Origin: an uncultured Clostridia bacterium | GTDB taxonomy: Bacteria > Bacillota > Clostridia > Christensenellales > UBA1242 | Direction of reading: 5' to 3' | DNA: 64,000 bases | NCBI GenBank assembly: GCA_944350085.1 | Contig: CALVNY010000007.1 | Span: 657 to 64,656 of the forward strand | Translations under genes and position numbers: made by a program | Shown: positions 20,013-30,180 of the stretch, piece by piece | Layout of the letters: the number at the start of each line of letters is the position of its first letter | How positions within the stretch are numbered: position 1 is the stretch's first letter | Notes under the pieces: generated by a model | The model's input: the letters and a program-made list of their open reading frames with translations, nothing else | Database searches by the model: none | What the model was told of the DNA's origin: nothing

Positions 20013-20735
20013 ATTATTTTTATTTGCTTCTTCTTTTGTGTTGTTTGTAATAGATGTGTAATCTAAACCATTTAGCAAATCGCTATCTTTCATAGGAATA
20101 ATTGTTGGAACTTGCAAAACCAACCTTTTTATAAATTTTTCAAACAATTCTTCCTTGTCGCCACTTTCAAGCCTTATTTCAAATTGAAGCAATTTATGTT
20201 TATTCCTAGTTGCATTGTTAATATACTCAACGTGCTCAAATGAAAATTGCATTTTTAAGCCATTATTATTAATTATTCTGTATTTATTAGCATTTTTTAT
20301 TACAACAAAAACAGGAATTATAGTATTAACATAAGATGCAATATCTACACTTAACCCTGCTGGCATAATATCCTTTATTGCATTAACTATAAAATCAAAA
20401 TGTGCACTAAAAAAATCTTTCTTTTCAATTTCTTTGCTTAAACTTGTTGGCATATAACTAACAAAAGGAATTCGTTTGTCCTCTCCTTCAAAACGAACAA
20501 CAATTTTGTTTAATTTACTTGATTTACTTTTTACTAAATTTATTATTACACCATTTGAAAAGAAAAATCTGTCTACTGTGTCAAAGTAAACTTTTTCAAT
20601 TAAATCTATTCCTAAGTGTTCCACCCCATAAGGTGCCAAAACACCTTCTGGATTTAAAATGTCTCTTTCAAAATTTTTTGTGGACTTTTCAGGAAGTAAA
20701 AACTTTTTAGTTTTAAAATCTTTATTATTTTCCAT
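19992..20735 (-). CDS. Hypothetical protein, possibly CYTH-like
   Basis: YFDTVD...LV and LLQFEIRLE patterns resemble the CYTH tunnel strands. The canonical N-terminal ExExK is not clear. Confidence 0.35.
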   Translation of the reverse strand: MENNKDFKTKKFLLPEKSTKNFERDILNPEGVLAPYGVEHLGIDLIEKVYFDTVDRFFFSNGVIINLVKSKSSKLNKIVVRFEGEDKRIPFVSYMPTSLSKEIEKKDFFSAHFDFIVNAIKDIMPAGLSVDIASYVNTIIPVFVVIKNANKYRIINNNGLKMQFSFEHVEYINNATRNKHKLLQFEIRLESGDKEELFEKFIKRLVLQVPTIIPMKDSDLLNGLDYTSITNNTKEEANKNNKKTPKK

Positions 20736-20876
20736 ATTATACCTTACTTAACAAATATAGTTTACCATATAACAATAGTTTAAGCAAATATTTAAAAATA
20801 TTACTTTTTGGTTTTTAGTATATAATTTTATTTTTTAGTTCATAATTAATTAATATTTAACTTTAAGGAGATAATT

Positions 20877-21479
20877 ATGAAAGGAAATGTTAATTTTGAT
20901 GAAAGTGAAACAATAAAAAATTTGGCTCGTGCGTTTGCTGGCGAAGTCCAAGATGGTGCAAGATACCAATTTTTAGCACAAATGGCAATGCAAGAGGGAT
21001 ATAACTATTTTCAGTCGATGTGCAAAACACTTGCTAAAAACGAAATGGCTCACGCTAAAACTTTGTATCAATTAATTACTAATAATTGTACAAAATCCAT
21101 AAAAAACATTGAAATTTGTGCAGGATACCCTTTTAAGTGTGGAAGCATTTTGCAAGAAATAAAAAACAGCATTGAAAACGAACAAAGTGAAGCCGATTCG
21201 GTTTATATTGAATTTGCCAAAATTGCAGAAGATGAGGGATTTAGTGAAGTTGGCAAAGTTTTTAGAGAAATTGCAAGCGTAGAAAACTGCCACAAAATGC
21301 TTCTTCAACAAGTGTACGACAAAATGAAATCAAACAAACTTTACAAATGCACAAAAGAAACAAAATGGAAATGTAGCAACTGTGGTTTTGAACACACCAG
21401 CAAACAAGCATGGTCTATTTGCCCACTATGTTCAATGCCACAAGGTTATGTGGAAATTTCTATTGACACAGGAGCATAA
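20877..21479 (+). CDS. rbr: Rubrerythrin
   Basis: Ferritin-like diiron helices (E..E..H patterns) plus a C-terminal rubredoxin-like CSNCG...CPLC. Confidence 0.85.
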   Translation: MKGNVNFDESETIKNLARAFAGEVQDGARYQFLAQMAMQEGYNYFQSMCKTLAKNEMAHAKTLYQLITNNCTKSIKNIEICAGYPFKCGSILQEIKNSIENEQSEADSVYIEFAKIAEDEGFSEVGKVFREIASVENCHKMLLQQVYDKMKSNKLYKCTKETKWKCSNCGFEHTSKQAWSICPLCSMPQGYVEISIDTGA

Positions 21480-21531
21480 TTAATTTAAAAAAAATTTTAA
21501 AAACATTTTGAAGCAATTTAAACTAAAAACA

Positions 21532-21559
21532 AAAAACACCTATTTTTAGGTGTTTTTTA
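21532..21559. terminator. Bidirectional intrinsic terminator
   Basis: ACACCTA (21536-21542) pairs with TAGGTGT (21547-21553). The stem is the same as at 19988-20006. Confidence 0.7.
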
Positions 21560-21588
21560 TTTTTGTATATTTATTTGATATATTTTAT

Positions 21589-22119
21589 TTAAAAATATTT
21601 TTCATTAAAAAAATCAACATTTTTAATGTCCACATATTTTACATCATCTTTTAATAAAAACCAATTTTCTTCCGTAAATTCTTCGCCTGCAATTTTGGAC
21701 ATTGTTTGTTTTATATATTTTGCATGTGCAGTTGCCAAAATTTCGCCACTTTCACTTTCAATAAATCCTTCAGCTTCAAATAATCTGCTTGTGTTTCTAG
21801 TTAGTTTGCCAACAACTTTAATTTGTTCATCAAGTGGCACAGGTTTTTTAAATTGAACTTCAATAGATGCTGTAACTCCAAACGCATTAGGTTCAACAAT
21901 ATTAATTGCCCTGCCAATAACTTCGTCAAGTAAAGCAGTAATCAGTCCACCATGCATTCTGTGTGGATAACTTTGGTGAAAGTTTGCTCCTGTTGTAATG
22001 CCAACAATAATATCATTTTCCAATTCATATGTTTGCGTTTTTAAAGACATTGGATTGCTCATTCCACAAACCACACATTCTGCTGAGTTGTTTTGTTTTT
22101 TTAAAACTTTTAGTTTCAT
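21589..22119 (-). CDS. PaaI-family hotdog-fold thioesterase
   Basis: HGG...ALLDE active-site region. The start ATG overlaps the upstream TGA (ATGA). Confidence 0.7.
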   Translation of the reverse strand: MKLKVLKKQNNSAECVVCGMSNPMSLKTQTYELENDIIVGITTGANFHQSYPHRMHGGLITALLDEVIGRAINIVEPNAFGVTASIEVQFKKPVPLDEQIKVVGKLTRNTSRLFEAEGFIESESGEILATAHAKYIKQTMSKIAGEEFTEENWFLLKDDVKYVDIKNVDFFNEKYF

Positions 22120-22997
22120 AATTTTCCCTCCATAAAATAAGTGTTGTAAATATATTCGGCAATAATTTTACTAATATTTATCTTCTGATTTTTTAACGCT
22201 TTATATCCTGCATTACCATTTGCTTCGCAAAATGAATATTCGTTATTTTCATCAAATAAAAAATCTAAACCCACAATTTCTGCCTGTAAATTTTTGCATA
22301 TTTTTTGAATAATAGTTTTAAAATCTGAACTTATTTTAAATTCATAACTTATTCCACCTTGTGCCAAATTTGCTCTAAAATCGTCATTTAAAGTGTTGTC
22401 CCTAACAGCCCCAAAGTACTTATTCCCCACAACAAAGATTCTAATATCTTTTCCTTTGGATTCTTTTATATATTGTTGCAAAATTAAATCGTCAAAATAA
22501 TAATTTAAAGTTATATTATCATATTCTTCCTTTGTGTTAATTAAAAAAACGCTTTTGCCTTGTGCTCCAAATCTATATTTTAAAACAAATGGCTTGCCTA
22601 AAATTTTTACAACATCCTCAAACTCTATTTTTTTTGTGCTGTTTATAGTTTTTGGTTGATTTATGCCAATCTTTTTTAAATTTAAATATGTTTGCCACTT
22701 ATCTTTCATATAAACCATATTAATAAAGCTGTTGATAATTTTAACGCCATTATTTTTTAAATATTGCATAAGTTTATAGCAATTACCTCGTGCAAAAGCA
22801 ACTTTTGGCAATTCCTTAATGGGCGAATTTTTGTAATATAAAATTTCTTTTGAATTGACCATTTTAAACTTAAATGCATTGTAATTTAAACACTCTACTT
22901 TAACATTAAACGAATTTAAATATTCCTTAATTTCAAGAGAACTATGATTTATAAAACTTTCTATTAATCCTTTGTGTAATATCCAAATATCTATAAT
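22116..22997 (-). CDS. RimK-like ATP-grasp ligase, probable non-canonical (ATT/ATA) start
   Basis: The ATP-grasp core is RimK-like (FVLKYRFGAQGKSVFL, QQYIKESKGKDIRIFVVG, DFRANLAQGG, GLDFLF, CEANGNAGY). The frame stays open 45 codons upstream of the listed ATG (22862) and encodes IDIWILHKG... with an AGGAG at 23004-23008. The next in-frame upstream codon is TAG. Confidence 0.6.
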   Translation of the reverse strand: MIDIWILHKGLIESFINHSSLEIKEYLNSFNVKVECLNYNAFKFKMVNSKEILYYKNSPIKELPKVAFARGNCYKLMQYLKNNGVKIINSFINMVYMKDKWQTYLNLKKIGINQPKTINSTKKIEFEDVVKILGKPFVLKYRFGAQGKSVFLINTKEEYDNITLNYYFDDLILQQYIKESKGKDIRIFVVGNKYFGAVRDNTLNDDFRANLAQGGISYEFKISSDFKTIIQKICKNLQAEIVGLDFLFDENNEYSFCEANGNAGYKALKNQKINISKIIAEYIYNTYFMEGKL

Positions 22998-23122
22998 ATT
23001 TTTCTCCTATGAGTTTTCTAAGCAATATTTTAACACAATATTTTTTAAATGTAAAAAGTTTAATTTAACATATCGTTTGTAAAAAATAAAAAATGTGCTA
23101 AAATATTTTGGGAGAAAATGAT

Positions 23123-24346
23123 ATGCAAATGAAATATTTACAATTTCATAAATTGCTTAGTAATTTTGCACAAGAATTAGTTGGCGCTTTTATTCCTTTA
23201 ATTTTGTATAAGGAAACAGGAAACATAACTCTTGCAATAAGTTATTATATAATTCAGCGTGTTATATTAACAATATTTGATTATATATTTAAAAATCAGT
23301 TTGTAAAAAGACCACAACTATTTTTATTGTTAAGAACAATTCCTATGCTTTTATACTACATTTTTACACTTTTAATTGACACAAATGTTTGGATTGCCTG
23401 TGCGGGGATTTTAATTTTTAGTGGAATGAGTGAAGCATTTAAGTATATCCCAACCGATTCGGTTTACAACTACAACTCTTTAAACTCAGGCTCAAACACA
23501 TTAGGAATCACAAAAGTTATTGAAAGAATTGGAGTAGTCACCGCTCAACTACTAGGTGCATTGTTTTTGGACAACTTGTCAAAAGAAATACTAATTGTTG
23601 TAAGTTTGACCATATATTTAATTAGCACTTTACCATTATTTATTAGTTACTTTAAATATAGGAAAGTTTCTTCATTTAATGTTGAAGGCATATCAAATGC
23701 TCAACAAACCTTTGTAAAAGATGAAGAAAAAGCAAAAAAAGGTAAAGTAATCACCAAAAAGATTTTTATAATTTATTCAATTTCCTATGCTTTATTTTGT
23801 ATGTGTGATTTAAACACAAGTTTGTTTGGATTGTTTTTGTATGTAAAAGTTGATAAATATTACATAGTTGGTATTTTAAGTGTTTTATATTATGCAATAC
23901 AAATTCCGTTCAACTATTTAGTTGGCAAAATTGATGCAAAAAAAGATTTGCTTCCTTATGTTGTAGTAAGTTCAATAGTTACTGGCGCATTTACTTTCAC
24001 AATTGGATTATTAATGCTAAGTAGCAACTTTTCAAACACATTAATTATAATAAGTTTGGTTTTATTCTTGCTTATGGGTGCAATGTATCCTTTTGTTACA
24101 ATTTTCTTCTTTGATAGAATGATTTTAAAATCAAAAATTTTAGGCAAATCAAGCGCTATGATTGTTACAAGAGAATTTTCAGGCACATTAGGACAAATGC
24201 TTTCAGTAATTCCAGCAATTGGCGGAAGTTTTATGGCAGCATTTGTTTGCATGGGAATAGCATTTATAATTTGTGGAGCAACACTTCCAAAGGTGGAAGA
24301 AAAAACACGAAAATTGCTTGTAAATTATTTACAAAATAATCAATAA
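23123..24346 (+). CDS. Polytopic membrane transporter (MFS-like)
   Basis: About 12 hydrophobic segments. I prefer the ATG at 23123, which follows a GGGAGA SD. Confidence 0.55.
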   Translation: MQMKYLQFHKLLSNFAQELVGAFIPLILYKETGNITLAISYYIIQRVILTIFDYIFKNQFVKRPQLFLLLRTIPMLLYYIFTLLIDTNVWIACAGILIFSGMSEAFKYIPTDSVYNYNSLNSGSNTLGITKVIERIGVVTAQLLGALFLDNLSKEILIVVSLTIYLISTLPLFISYFKYRKVSSFNVEGISNAQQTFVKDEEKAKKGKVITKKIFIIYSISYALFCMCDLNTSLFGLFLYVKVDKYYIVGILSVLYYAIQIPFNYLVGKIDAKKDLLPYVVVSSIVTGAFTFTIGLLMLSSNFSNTLIIISLVLFLLMGAMYPFVTIFFFDRMILKSKILGKSSAMIVTREFSGTLGQMLSVIPAIGGSFMAAFVCMGIAFIICGATLPKVEEKTRKLLVNYLQNNQ

Positions 24347-24352
24347 AAAATT

Positions 24353-24381
24353 AAAAAACTCGTTTGTTAACGAGTTTTTTT
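24353..24381. terminator. Bidirectional intrinsic terminator
   Basis: ACTCGTT (24358-24364) pairs with AACGAGT (24369-24375), with flanking A/T runs. Confidence 0.75.
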
Positions 24382-25428
24382 GTTGAAAAATTTAGTTAAT
24401 TTTTTTAAGTTTATTTCATTATGTTCAATTTCCCTTGAAAACATTTCTAAATTTTTTATGTTAAATTTTGTGTCGAAATATCCGTTTGTATAAGTGTCAA
24501 ATATTGCAATCATAATTAAAATCACAACCGAATAAACAGAAAATTCAACCCTTGCCTTTATTTTATAATCGTAAACGCATCTTAAAAAATATTTATAAAT
24601 AAAATAAATTACAATGTTATTAAATTCATAAATCTTTTTATAATTTAATAAAAAGTTTTTTAGGTCGGCATCGTTTATTCTTTTGTTGTAAATTAAATGC
24701 AACAGTTTGTCTAATTTGTCATATATAAAAGGAGTTAACATTTCCAATTTCATATATTTTTTAATTAATTTTATTATATTTTTAGTGGTTAAATGATTAG
24801 TAATTTTATCATTATATGATGGCAATTTGGAATCATATTCCTTAATAATTTTATCAATATTTGAATATATATTAAAATTTTCTTGCAAATATTTTCCAAA
24901 ATCCAGCAAAAACTCTAATTTTGCATCAAAGGTTAGATTGCTGTTTAAAACTTTAAATATAAAGTTTCTTGCATTTTGCATATAAGGAAAAATTTTACTA
25001 TCAAATGTGTTGTAAGTTGCAATTTTTTTATCGCTTTCAACAACTTCAAATTCTAATTTGTTTTCCAAAAGTAGCCTTGCACTTTCACAGCATGCACAAG
25101 ATAAACTGTGCTCAACATATTTACCATAAACATACTCAACCCTTGGAAATTTTTTACAGACATCACACAAATAATCTTCACCTAAATTGATTTCAATTTC
25201 GCAAAGTCCATCTTTATTTAAAAAAGGACAAGTTGCCCCAACTTTAAAAAACTGCTTATGATTAGATAAAATATTTTTTAATTTTGCACCATAAGGTCCA
25301 TCAACATTTTTATATTTTTTCAAAGTTAATGCATCAATATCAACGCCCCACCCTTTGCAACAAGTGTTTGGACAGTTGTTTGCTAAGCATTTAAAATTTT
25401 TATAAAATTTAGGATAAATTTCTTGCAT
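24367..25428 (-). CDS. Cys-rich CxxCxxCC protein (FliB / flagellin lysine-N-methylase-like family)
   Basis: N-terminal FKCLANNCPNTCCKGWGVDID is typical of that family as I remember it. A GAGGG SD is present. Confidence 0.5.
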   Translation of the reverse strand: MQEIYPKFYKNFKCLANNCPNTCCKGWGVDIDALTLKKYKNVDGPYGAKLKNILSNHKQFFKVGATCPFLNKDGLCEIEINLGEDYLCDVCKKFPRVEYVYGKYVEHSLSCACCESARLLLENKLEFEVVESDKKIATYNTFDSKIFPYMQNARNFIFKVLNSNLTFDAKLEFLLDFGKYLQENFNIYSNIDKIIKEYDSKLPSYNDKITNHLTTKNIIKLIKKYMKLEMLTPFIYDKLDKLLHLIYNKRINDADLKNFLLNYKKIYEFNNIVIYFIYKYFLRCVYDYKIKARVEFSVYSVVILIMIAIFDTYTNGYFDTKFNIKNLEMFSREIEHNEINLKKLTKFFNKKTR

Positions 25429-25614
25429 TTTTAACCCTCAACATATTAATAACAAATTATACCATATTGTTTAAAAAAAGATATATACTTTAAAAACATT
25501 TTAAATAATATTTTGAAATAGAATTAATTTTTGTTATAATAATTTTTGATAATAACTTTATGTTAAATAAAATATAATATATTGTTAAGTTTTAACAATG
25601 CAATAAGGAGAAAA

Positions 25615-26505
25615 ATGAGAAATTTTGAAGTGTCAACAGATTCAACATCTGATTTATATGCAAACGAATATTTAGATTTGGATATTTACCATGCATCATT
25701 AACTTTTACACTAGAAGACAAACAAGGCAACATTACTGAACAACTAGATAACTTTCAAAATCAAGATGAATATGTTGAGTTTTATAATAAACTTAGAAAT
25801 GGCATAGTTTCAAAAACTGCCATATTAAATGTTCAAGCACATGTTGATATGTTTATGGAAATGGCAAAAAAAGGCATAAAAAACGCATTACATATTTCAC
25901 AAAGTTATGGACTAAGCCCAACACTTGACAATGCAAACAAGGCAATAGAAATTGTTAAGGAAACTTATCCTGACATTAACTATAAAGCCATAGAAGCAAG
26001 AACCACAACTATTGGTGAAGGCGTTTTGGTTAAAGTTGCTTGCGAGCTTAGAGATGAAGGTTGGTCACTTGATGATGCTATAAAATACCTAAATGATTAC
26101 AAAATGAAGCTTCAACATTTTGTAATTATTGACAATTTAATGTATTTAAAGCGTGGTGGCAGAGTTAGTGGACCAAAAGCAGTTATTGGAACAATGCTTC
26201 AATTAAAACCTATTATTGAAATATCAAAAGAAGGCAAACTTGAAATTGTAAGAAAAGAAATGGGCATGAAAAAAGCCCTTAAAAGCATTGTTGAAGAATT
26301 TAAAAACTTTACTAAAAACGAAAGATTTAAATGCGTTATAGTTCACACCGACAATTTACCAGTTGCAAACGAACTAAAAAACATGCTTTTAAATGCATAC
26401 GGAATAGATGCTGAAGTTAGGATTATGGGCCCAATAATTGGAAGCCATGTTGGACCAAACGCTGTGGCATTTGGCTTTACATCTAACGAACAAAGAAGAT
26501 ATTAA
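25615..26505 (+). CDS. DegV family fatty-acid-binding protein
   Basis: STDSTSDL N-terminus, MYLKRGGR, and a GxHxGP-like motif near the C-terminus. The ATG at 25615 follows AAGGAG. Confidence 0.85.
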   Translation: MRNFEVSTDSTSDLYANEYLDLDIYHASLTFTLEDKQGNITEQLDNFQNQDEYVEFYNKLRNGIVSKTAILNVQAHVDMFMEMAKKGIKNALHISQSYGLSPTLDNANKAIEIVKETYPDINYKAIEARTTTIGEGVLVKVACELRDEGWSLDDAIKYLNDYKMKLQHFVIIDNLMYLKRGGRVSGPKAVIGTMLQLKPIIEISKEGKLEIVRKEMGMKKALKSIVEEFKNFTKNERFKCVIVHTDNLPVANELKNMLLNAYGIDAEVRIMGPIIGSHVGPNAVAFGFTSNEQRRY

Positions 26506-26666
26506 AAACATTAATTGGTTTATATTAAATAATTATTTTATAAATTTAATATCTTATTTTATACTAAATTTTAAGTTTTAATATTATTTAATCATTAATA
26601 AAAAAGCATCGTCAAAGGTGTTTTTTTGTAACTAAAATTTTATATTTCATCATATAAATTAATAAT

Positions 26667-27527
26667 ATGTTGAAAACTATAAATTTACAAAGTGTAAAAA
26701 ATTTTGTTAATAAACATTTTAATAAACTTTTTGGAATAGAAGAAGAAATTTTAAAAGATTTTTTAACAAACTACAATTATATTACAAAAAATAGTGTTAA
26801 AGATTTACTCCTTCCAAATGATGCCACCCTGGTTTATTTTTTAAATACTTTGTTTAATAGAATAAATATAATACAACCTATAGACACAAATCTTTACAAT
26901 TTTATTTTGTCAAAATATTCTTCATTCATTGGTTTTGACACCAAAATTGGCGAAAATTTTAATATATTCTCATCAAAAAATATATATATTGAAAATGGTG
27001 TTTGCATAGGCAATGATGTAACCCTTGCAAACAACATTAAAATTGGAAACAAAAAAACAAAGCCTAGGATTTTAAATAATGTAAAAATTTGTGACAATGT
27101 GAACATTTTTGGGAATATAATTATTGGCAATAATGTTGAAATAAAGCATGGATGTTACATTACAGACAACATAGAAGACAATCAAACTATAAGCATTATA
27201 AATCAATTACAATTAGTAACAAAAACAACAAAAAATTATTTGCCAAGCCAAACTTTAATTGTTTATGGCATAATTCCTAAATTTAAAAACACAATACAAA
27301 TAGTGGGAGAAGGTTTTTATAATCCAATAGTTAATTTTAAAAACTGTTCTCAAAATTTAGATTATTCAATTACTTATTGGGATAAAAATAAAATATTGAT
27401 AAAATTCAAAAATACAAAGCCTATTTTTTGCGACCATGTTATTTGTTCACTGCTTTGCAACCATGTTAAAATCAACATTTTAAATAGTGTTGGTTTAACC
27501 CGTGCACTTGCAAATTTACAGCCATAG
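26667..27527 (+). CDS. Hexapeptide-repeat (left-handed beta-helix) acyltransferase-like protein with C-terminal extension
   Basis: Successive [LIV]-G-x4 repeats (IGENF, IGNDV, IGNKK, ICDNV, IGNNV). No clear SD is present. Confidence 0.45.
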   Translation: MLKTINLQSVKNFVNKHFNKLFGIEEEILKDFLTNYNYITKNSVKDLLLPNDATLVYFLNTLFNRINIIQPIDTNLYNFILSKYSSFIGFDTKIGENFNIFSSKNIYIENGVCIGNDVTLANNIKIGNKKTKPRILNNVKICDNVNIFGNIIIGNNVEIKHGCYITDNIEDNQTISIINQLQLVTKTTKNYLPSQTLIVYGIIPKFKNTIQIVGEGFYNPIVNFKNCSQNLDYSITYWDKNKILIKFKNTKPIFCDHVICSLLCNHVKINILNSVGLTRALANLQP

Positions 27528-27564
27528 ATATAATCTTTTAAAACAACTTTTATTATTGTTAAAA

Positions 27565-27602
27565 ATAAAAAACAAGATAACGCTTTGCGTTACCTTGTTT
27601 TT
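27565..27602 (+). terminator. Intrinsic terminator
   Basis: AACAAGATAACGC pairs with GCGTTACCTTGTT (one mismatch), followed by a T-run. Confidence 0.65.
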
Positions 27603-27743
27603 ACCAAATATGTGTTAATATAAGGTATAAAAAAATGGAAAAACATTTTAAATTAATTAAAATGCACTTTAATTATAGTGCATTAATAATACATAGTCAA
27701 TACCCATTTTTAAAAAATTTAGTCGAATTAGATTAAAAAACAT

Positions 27744-27774
27744 AAAAAAACAGCCGTTTTTTAAGGCTGTTTTT
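27744..27774. terminator. Intrinsic terminator downstream of pheT
   Basis: CAGCC (27751-27755) pairs with GGCTG (27765-27769), with flanking A/T runs. Confidence 0.6.
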
Positions 27775-27797
27775 AATTTTTAACACAACTTACGGAA

Positions 27798-30170
27798 TTA
27801 GTTGGCTTTTAGGTTTATTCCATTTTCCTTAAAGTTTTCAATAACCGTGCTATGGAAGTTTTCAATTTCTTCCCCAGTTAGTGTGTGGTCTAGTGCATAA
27901 ATTACATAACGCAAAGTGTAACTTTTTGTGCCGTCTTGATTTTCAAATATATCAACCAAACTTACATTATATTTTAAATTTGTTTTTATTTTATTTGCAA
28001 TATTTTTAATGTCTGCAAACAATTTTTCATTAACCACTACAAAGTTAAAATCAAGAGTTGATTTTTGATATTTGCTTAATGTTTCAAACTTTGGTTCATA
28101 TTCCTTGCTATCAACCAATGCACTAAAATTAATTTCTGCCATAACTATGTTGCACTTTTTATCAAAATTGTTTTTAACCTTTGGGTTAATTAAACCTAAT
28201 TTGCCAATATTTTTATTGTTGCAATACACATTATAATAGTTAACAGGATGAAAGAAATTTAATGTTGGGGTTGCTGGTTTTAAAGCAAATTCAGCATTCG
28301 CTTCAAATGTAACAATGTATTCAAGCATATTTTTTAATTCCATCAACATTTCTTCCATAGTATTTGACTTGCTATATAAAACTATGCCCAAACTTTTTGT
28401 TTCGTTTGCCAACCCTTCACTTGTTAAACTTTCAATTACCCTACCAATTTCCATAATTCTAATATTTGAAAATTCTTGTTTGTTGTTGTATGCCACATTA
28501 AGCAAACTTGGAAGCATTGTGCTTCTTAAATATGGATTGTCTTTATTAATGCTATTAACAACACTTAAAACACTTTTTGCTTTAATTCCCATTTGATTGT
28601 TAAATGCTGTGTCATACCATAAATATGTGTGAACTTCATTTAAGTTGTATCTTGTTGCCAACGCATATTTTACTTCATATTCTAATTTTACTGTTCTATT
28701 AAGTTTAGTTGGAACAAGTGGTTGTAATGTGCTTTTTGCTTTTATGTTGTCGTAGCCATAAATTCTTGTAATTTCTTCAACTATATCAGCCTTGCCATTG
28801 ATGTCCTTTGTTGCTCTAAATGTTGGCACAGAAACCAAAAACTTGTTTGTTTTTGTTTCTTTTACTTTAAACTCTAAACTTTTTAAAATCTCTTTAATTT
28901 TATCCTTACTTATATCAATGCCGGTATAACTATCAATATATTCTTTTGTAATTTCAACAACTTTCTTTGGATAATGATAATTATAAATATCTGTAATTCC
29001 TGAAGAAACAACAGCACCTTTATCACAAGATTTAACTAAATAAACATATCTTTTTAATGCTGTTAGTGTTAGTTCAGGGTCTAACATTTTTTCATATCTT
29101 GCACTTGATTCTGTTCTTAAACAAATATTAGTTGCTGTTTTTCTAACATCAATCCCATTAAAGTTTGCACTTTCAATTAAAACGCTTGTTGTTGAATCTG
29201 TAATCTCGCTATCAAGTCCACCCATTACACCTGCAATAGCACCTATTTCTTTGCCATTAGTAATTACTGTTGTGTCCTTTGGCAAAACTCTTTCAACGCC
29301 ATCTAATGTAACAAATTTAGTTTCTTCTTTAACTTTTGAAACGCCTATTTGTTTAACGCAAGCATTGTCAAATGCATGCATTGGTTGACCCAATTCAAGC
29401 ATTACATAGTTTGTAACATCTGCAAGCAAATTTATTCCACGCATTCCTGCATAATATAGTCTAACACGCATATTAATTGGGGAAACTTTTTTTGTTATAT
29501 TATTCATTGATGCACAAGTATATCTATAGCACGCATCACTTTTTACATTTACTTTTGGTTGAACTTTGCCAGCAAATGAAGTTGCCTTTTCAAGTTTTAA
29601 TGGCAATAATTCCCTATTTAACAAACTTGCTATTTCTCTTGCAATGCCATAATGTCCCCAAAGGTCTGGCCTATTTGTTAGAGATTTGTTGTCAATTTCA
29701 AACACAACATCATCTACATCAACAATCTTTTTTATGTCAACGCCAACTTTTGTGTTTGCATCAAATTCCATAATGCCACTATTATCATCTGAAATTCCTA
29801 ATTCCTTTTCACTGCAACACATTCCATAACTTAAAACGCCTGCAACTTTTGCTTTGTCAATTTTAACACCATTTACATTTGCTCCAATTTTTGCAAATGC
29901 AGTAATCATACCTTCTTTAACATTAGGTGCACCACAAACAACATCTAAAATTGCTTTCCCTGTGTCAACTTTAAGCAAGTGAAGTTTTGTGCTAGTTGGG
30001 TGTTCTTTTACTGATTTTATTTTTGCAGTAATTACACCACTAACATTTTGTCCTTTATATTCAACTCCTTCAATCTCTGCAACAGACAAAGTAAATCTAT
30101 TTAATAATTTATTTATATTTACACCTTTAAGGTCAACATAATCTTTTATCCAATTTAATGATATATACAT
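27798..30170 (-). CDS. pheT: Phenylalanine--tRNA ligase beta subunit
   Basis: MYISLNWIKDY start, followed in order by tRNA-binding, B3/4, B5 and FDX-ACB regions. Length is 790 aa, directly downstream of pheS. Confidence 0.95.
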   Translation of the reverse strand: MYISLNWIKDYVDLKGVNINKLLNRFTLSVAEIEGVEYKGQNVSGVITAKIKSVKEHPTSTKLHLLKVDTGKAILDVVCGAPNVKEGMITAFAKIGANVNGVKIDKAKVAGVLSYGMCCSEKELGISDDNSGIMEFDANTKVGVDIKKIVDVDDVVFEIDNKSLTNRPDLWGHYGIAREIASLLNRELLPLKLEKATSFAGKVQPKVNVKSDACYRYTCASMNNITKKVSPINMRVRLYYAGMRGINLLADVTNYVMLELGQPMHAFDNACVKQIGVSKVKEETKFVTLDGVERVLPKDTTVITNGKEIGAIAGVMGGLDSEITDSTTSVLIESANFNGIDVRKTATNICLRTESSARYEKMLDPELTLTALKRYVYLVKSCDKGAVVSSGITDIYNYHYPKKVVEITKEYIDSYTGIDISKDKIKEILKSLEFKVKETKTNKFLVSVPTFRATKDINGKADIVEEITRIYGYDNIKAKSTLQPLVPTKLNRTVKLEYEVKYALATRYNLNEVHTYLWYDTAFNNQMGIKAKSVLSVVNSINKDNPYLRSTMLPSLLNVAYNNKQEFSNIRIMEIGRVIESLTSEGLANETKSLGIVLYSKSNTMEEMLMELKNMLEYIVTFEANAEFALKPATPTLNFFHPVNYYNVYCNNKNIGKLGLINPKVKNNFDKKCNIVMAEINFSALVDSKEYEPKFETLSKYQKSTLDFNFVVVNEKLFADIKNIANKIKTNLKYNVSLVDIFENQDGTKSYTLRYVIYALDHTLTGEEIENFHSTVIENFKENGINLKAN

Positions 30171-30180
30171 ATTTTTCTCC

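Noticed and set aside
20840-20854. A possible PerR/Fur-type box (TCATAATTAATTAAT) upstream of rubrerythrin.
   Set aside because: Only one half-site resembles TTATAAT. AT-rich palindromes of this kind occur by chance throughout these intergenic regions.
27636-27737. A 33-codon ORF (MEKHFKLIKMHFNYSALIIHSQYPFLKNLVELD) with a weak AAGGT SD in the pheT-downstream gap, overlapping the hairpin ATGCACT/AGTGCAT (27661-27686).
   Set aside because: It is too short and has no supporting signal. Open frames of this length are expected by chance.
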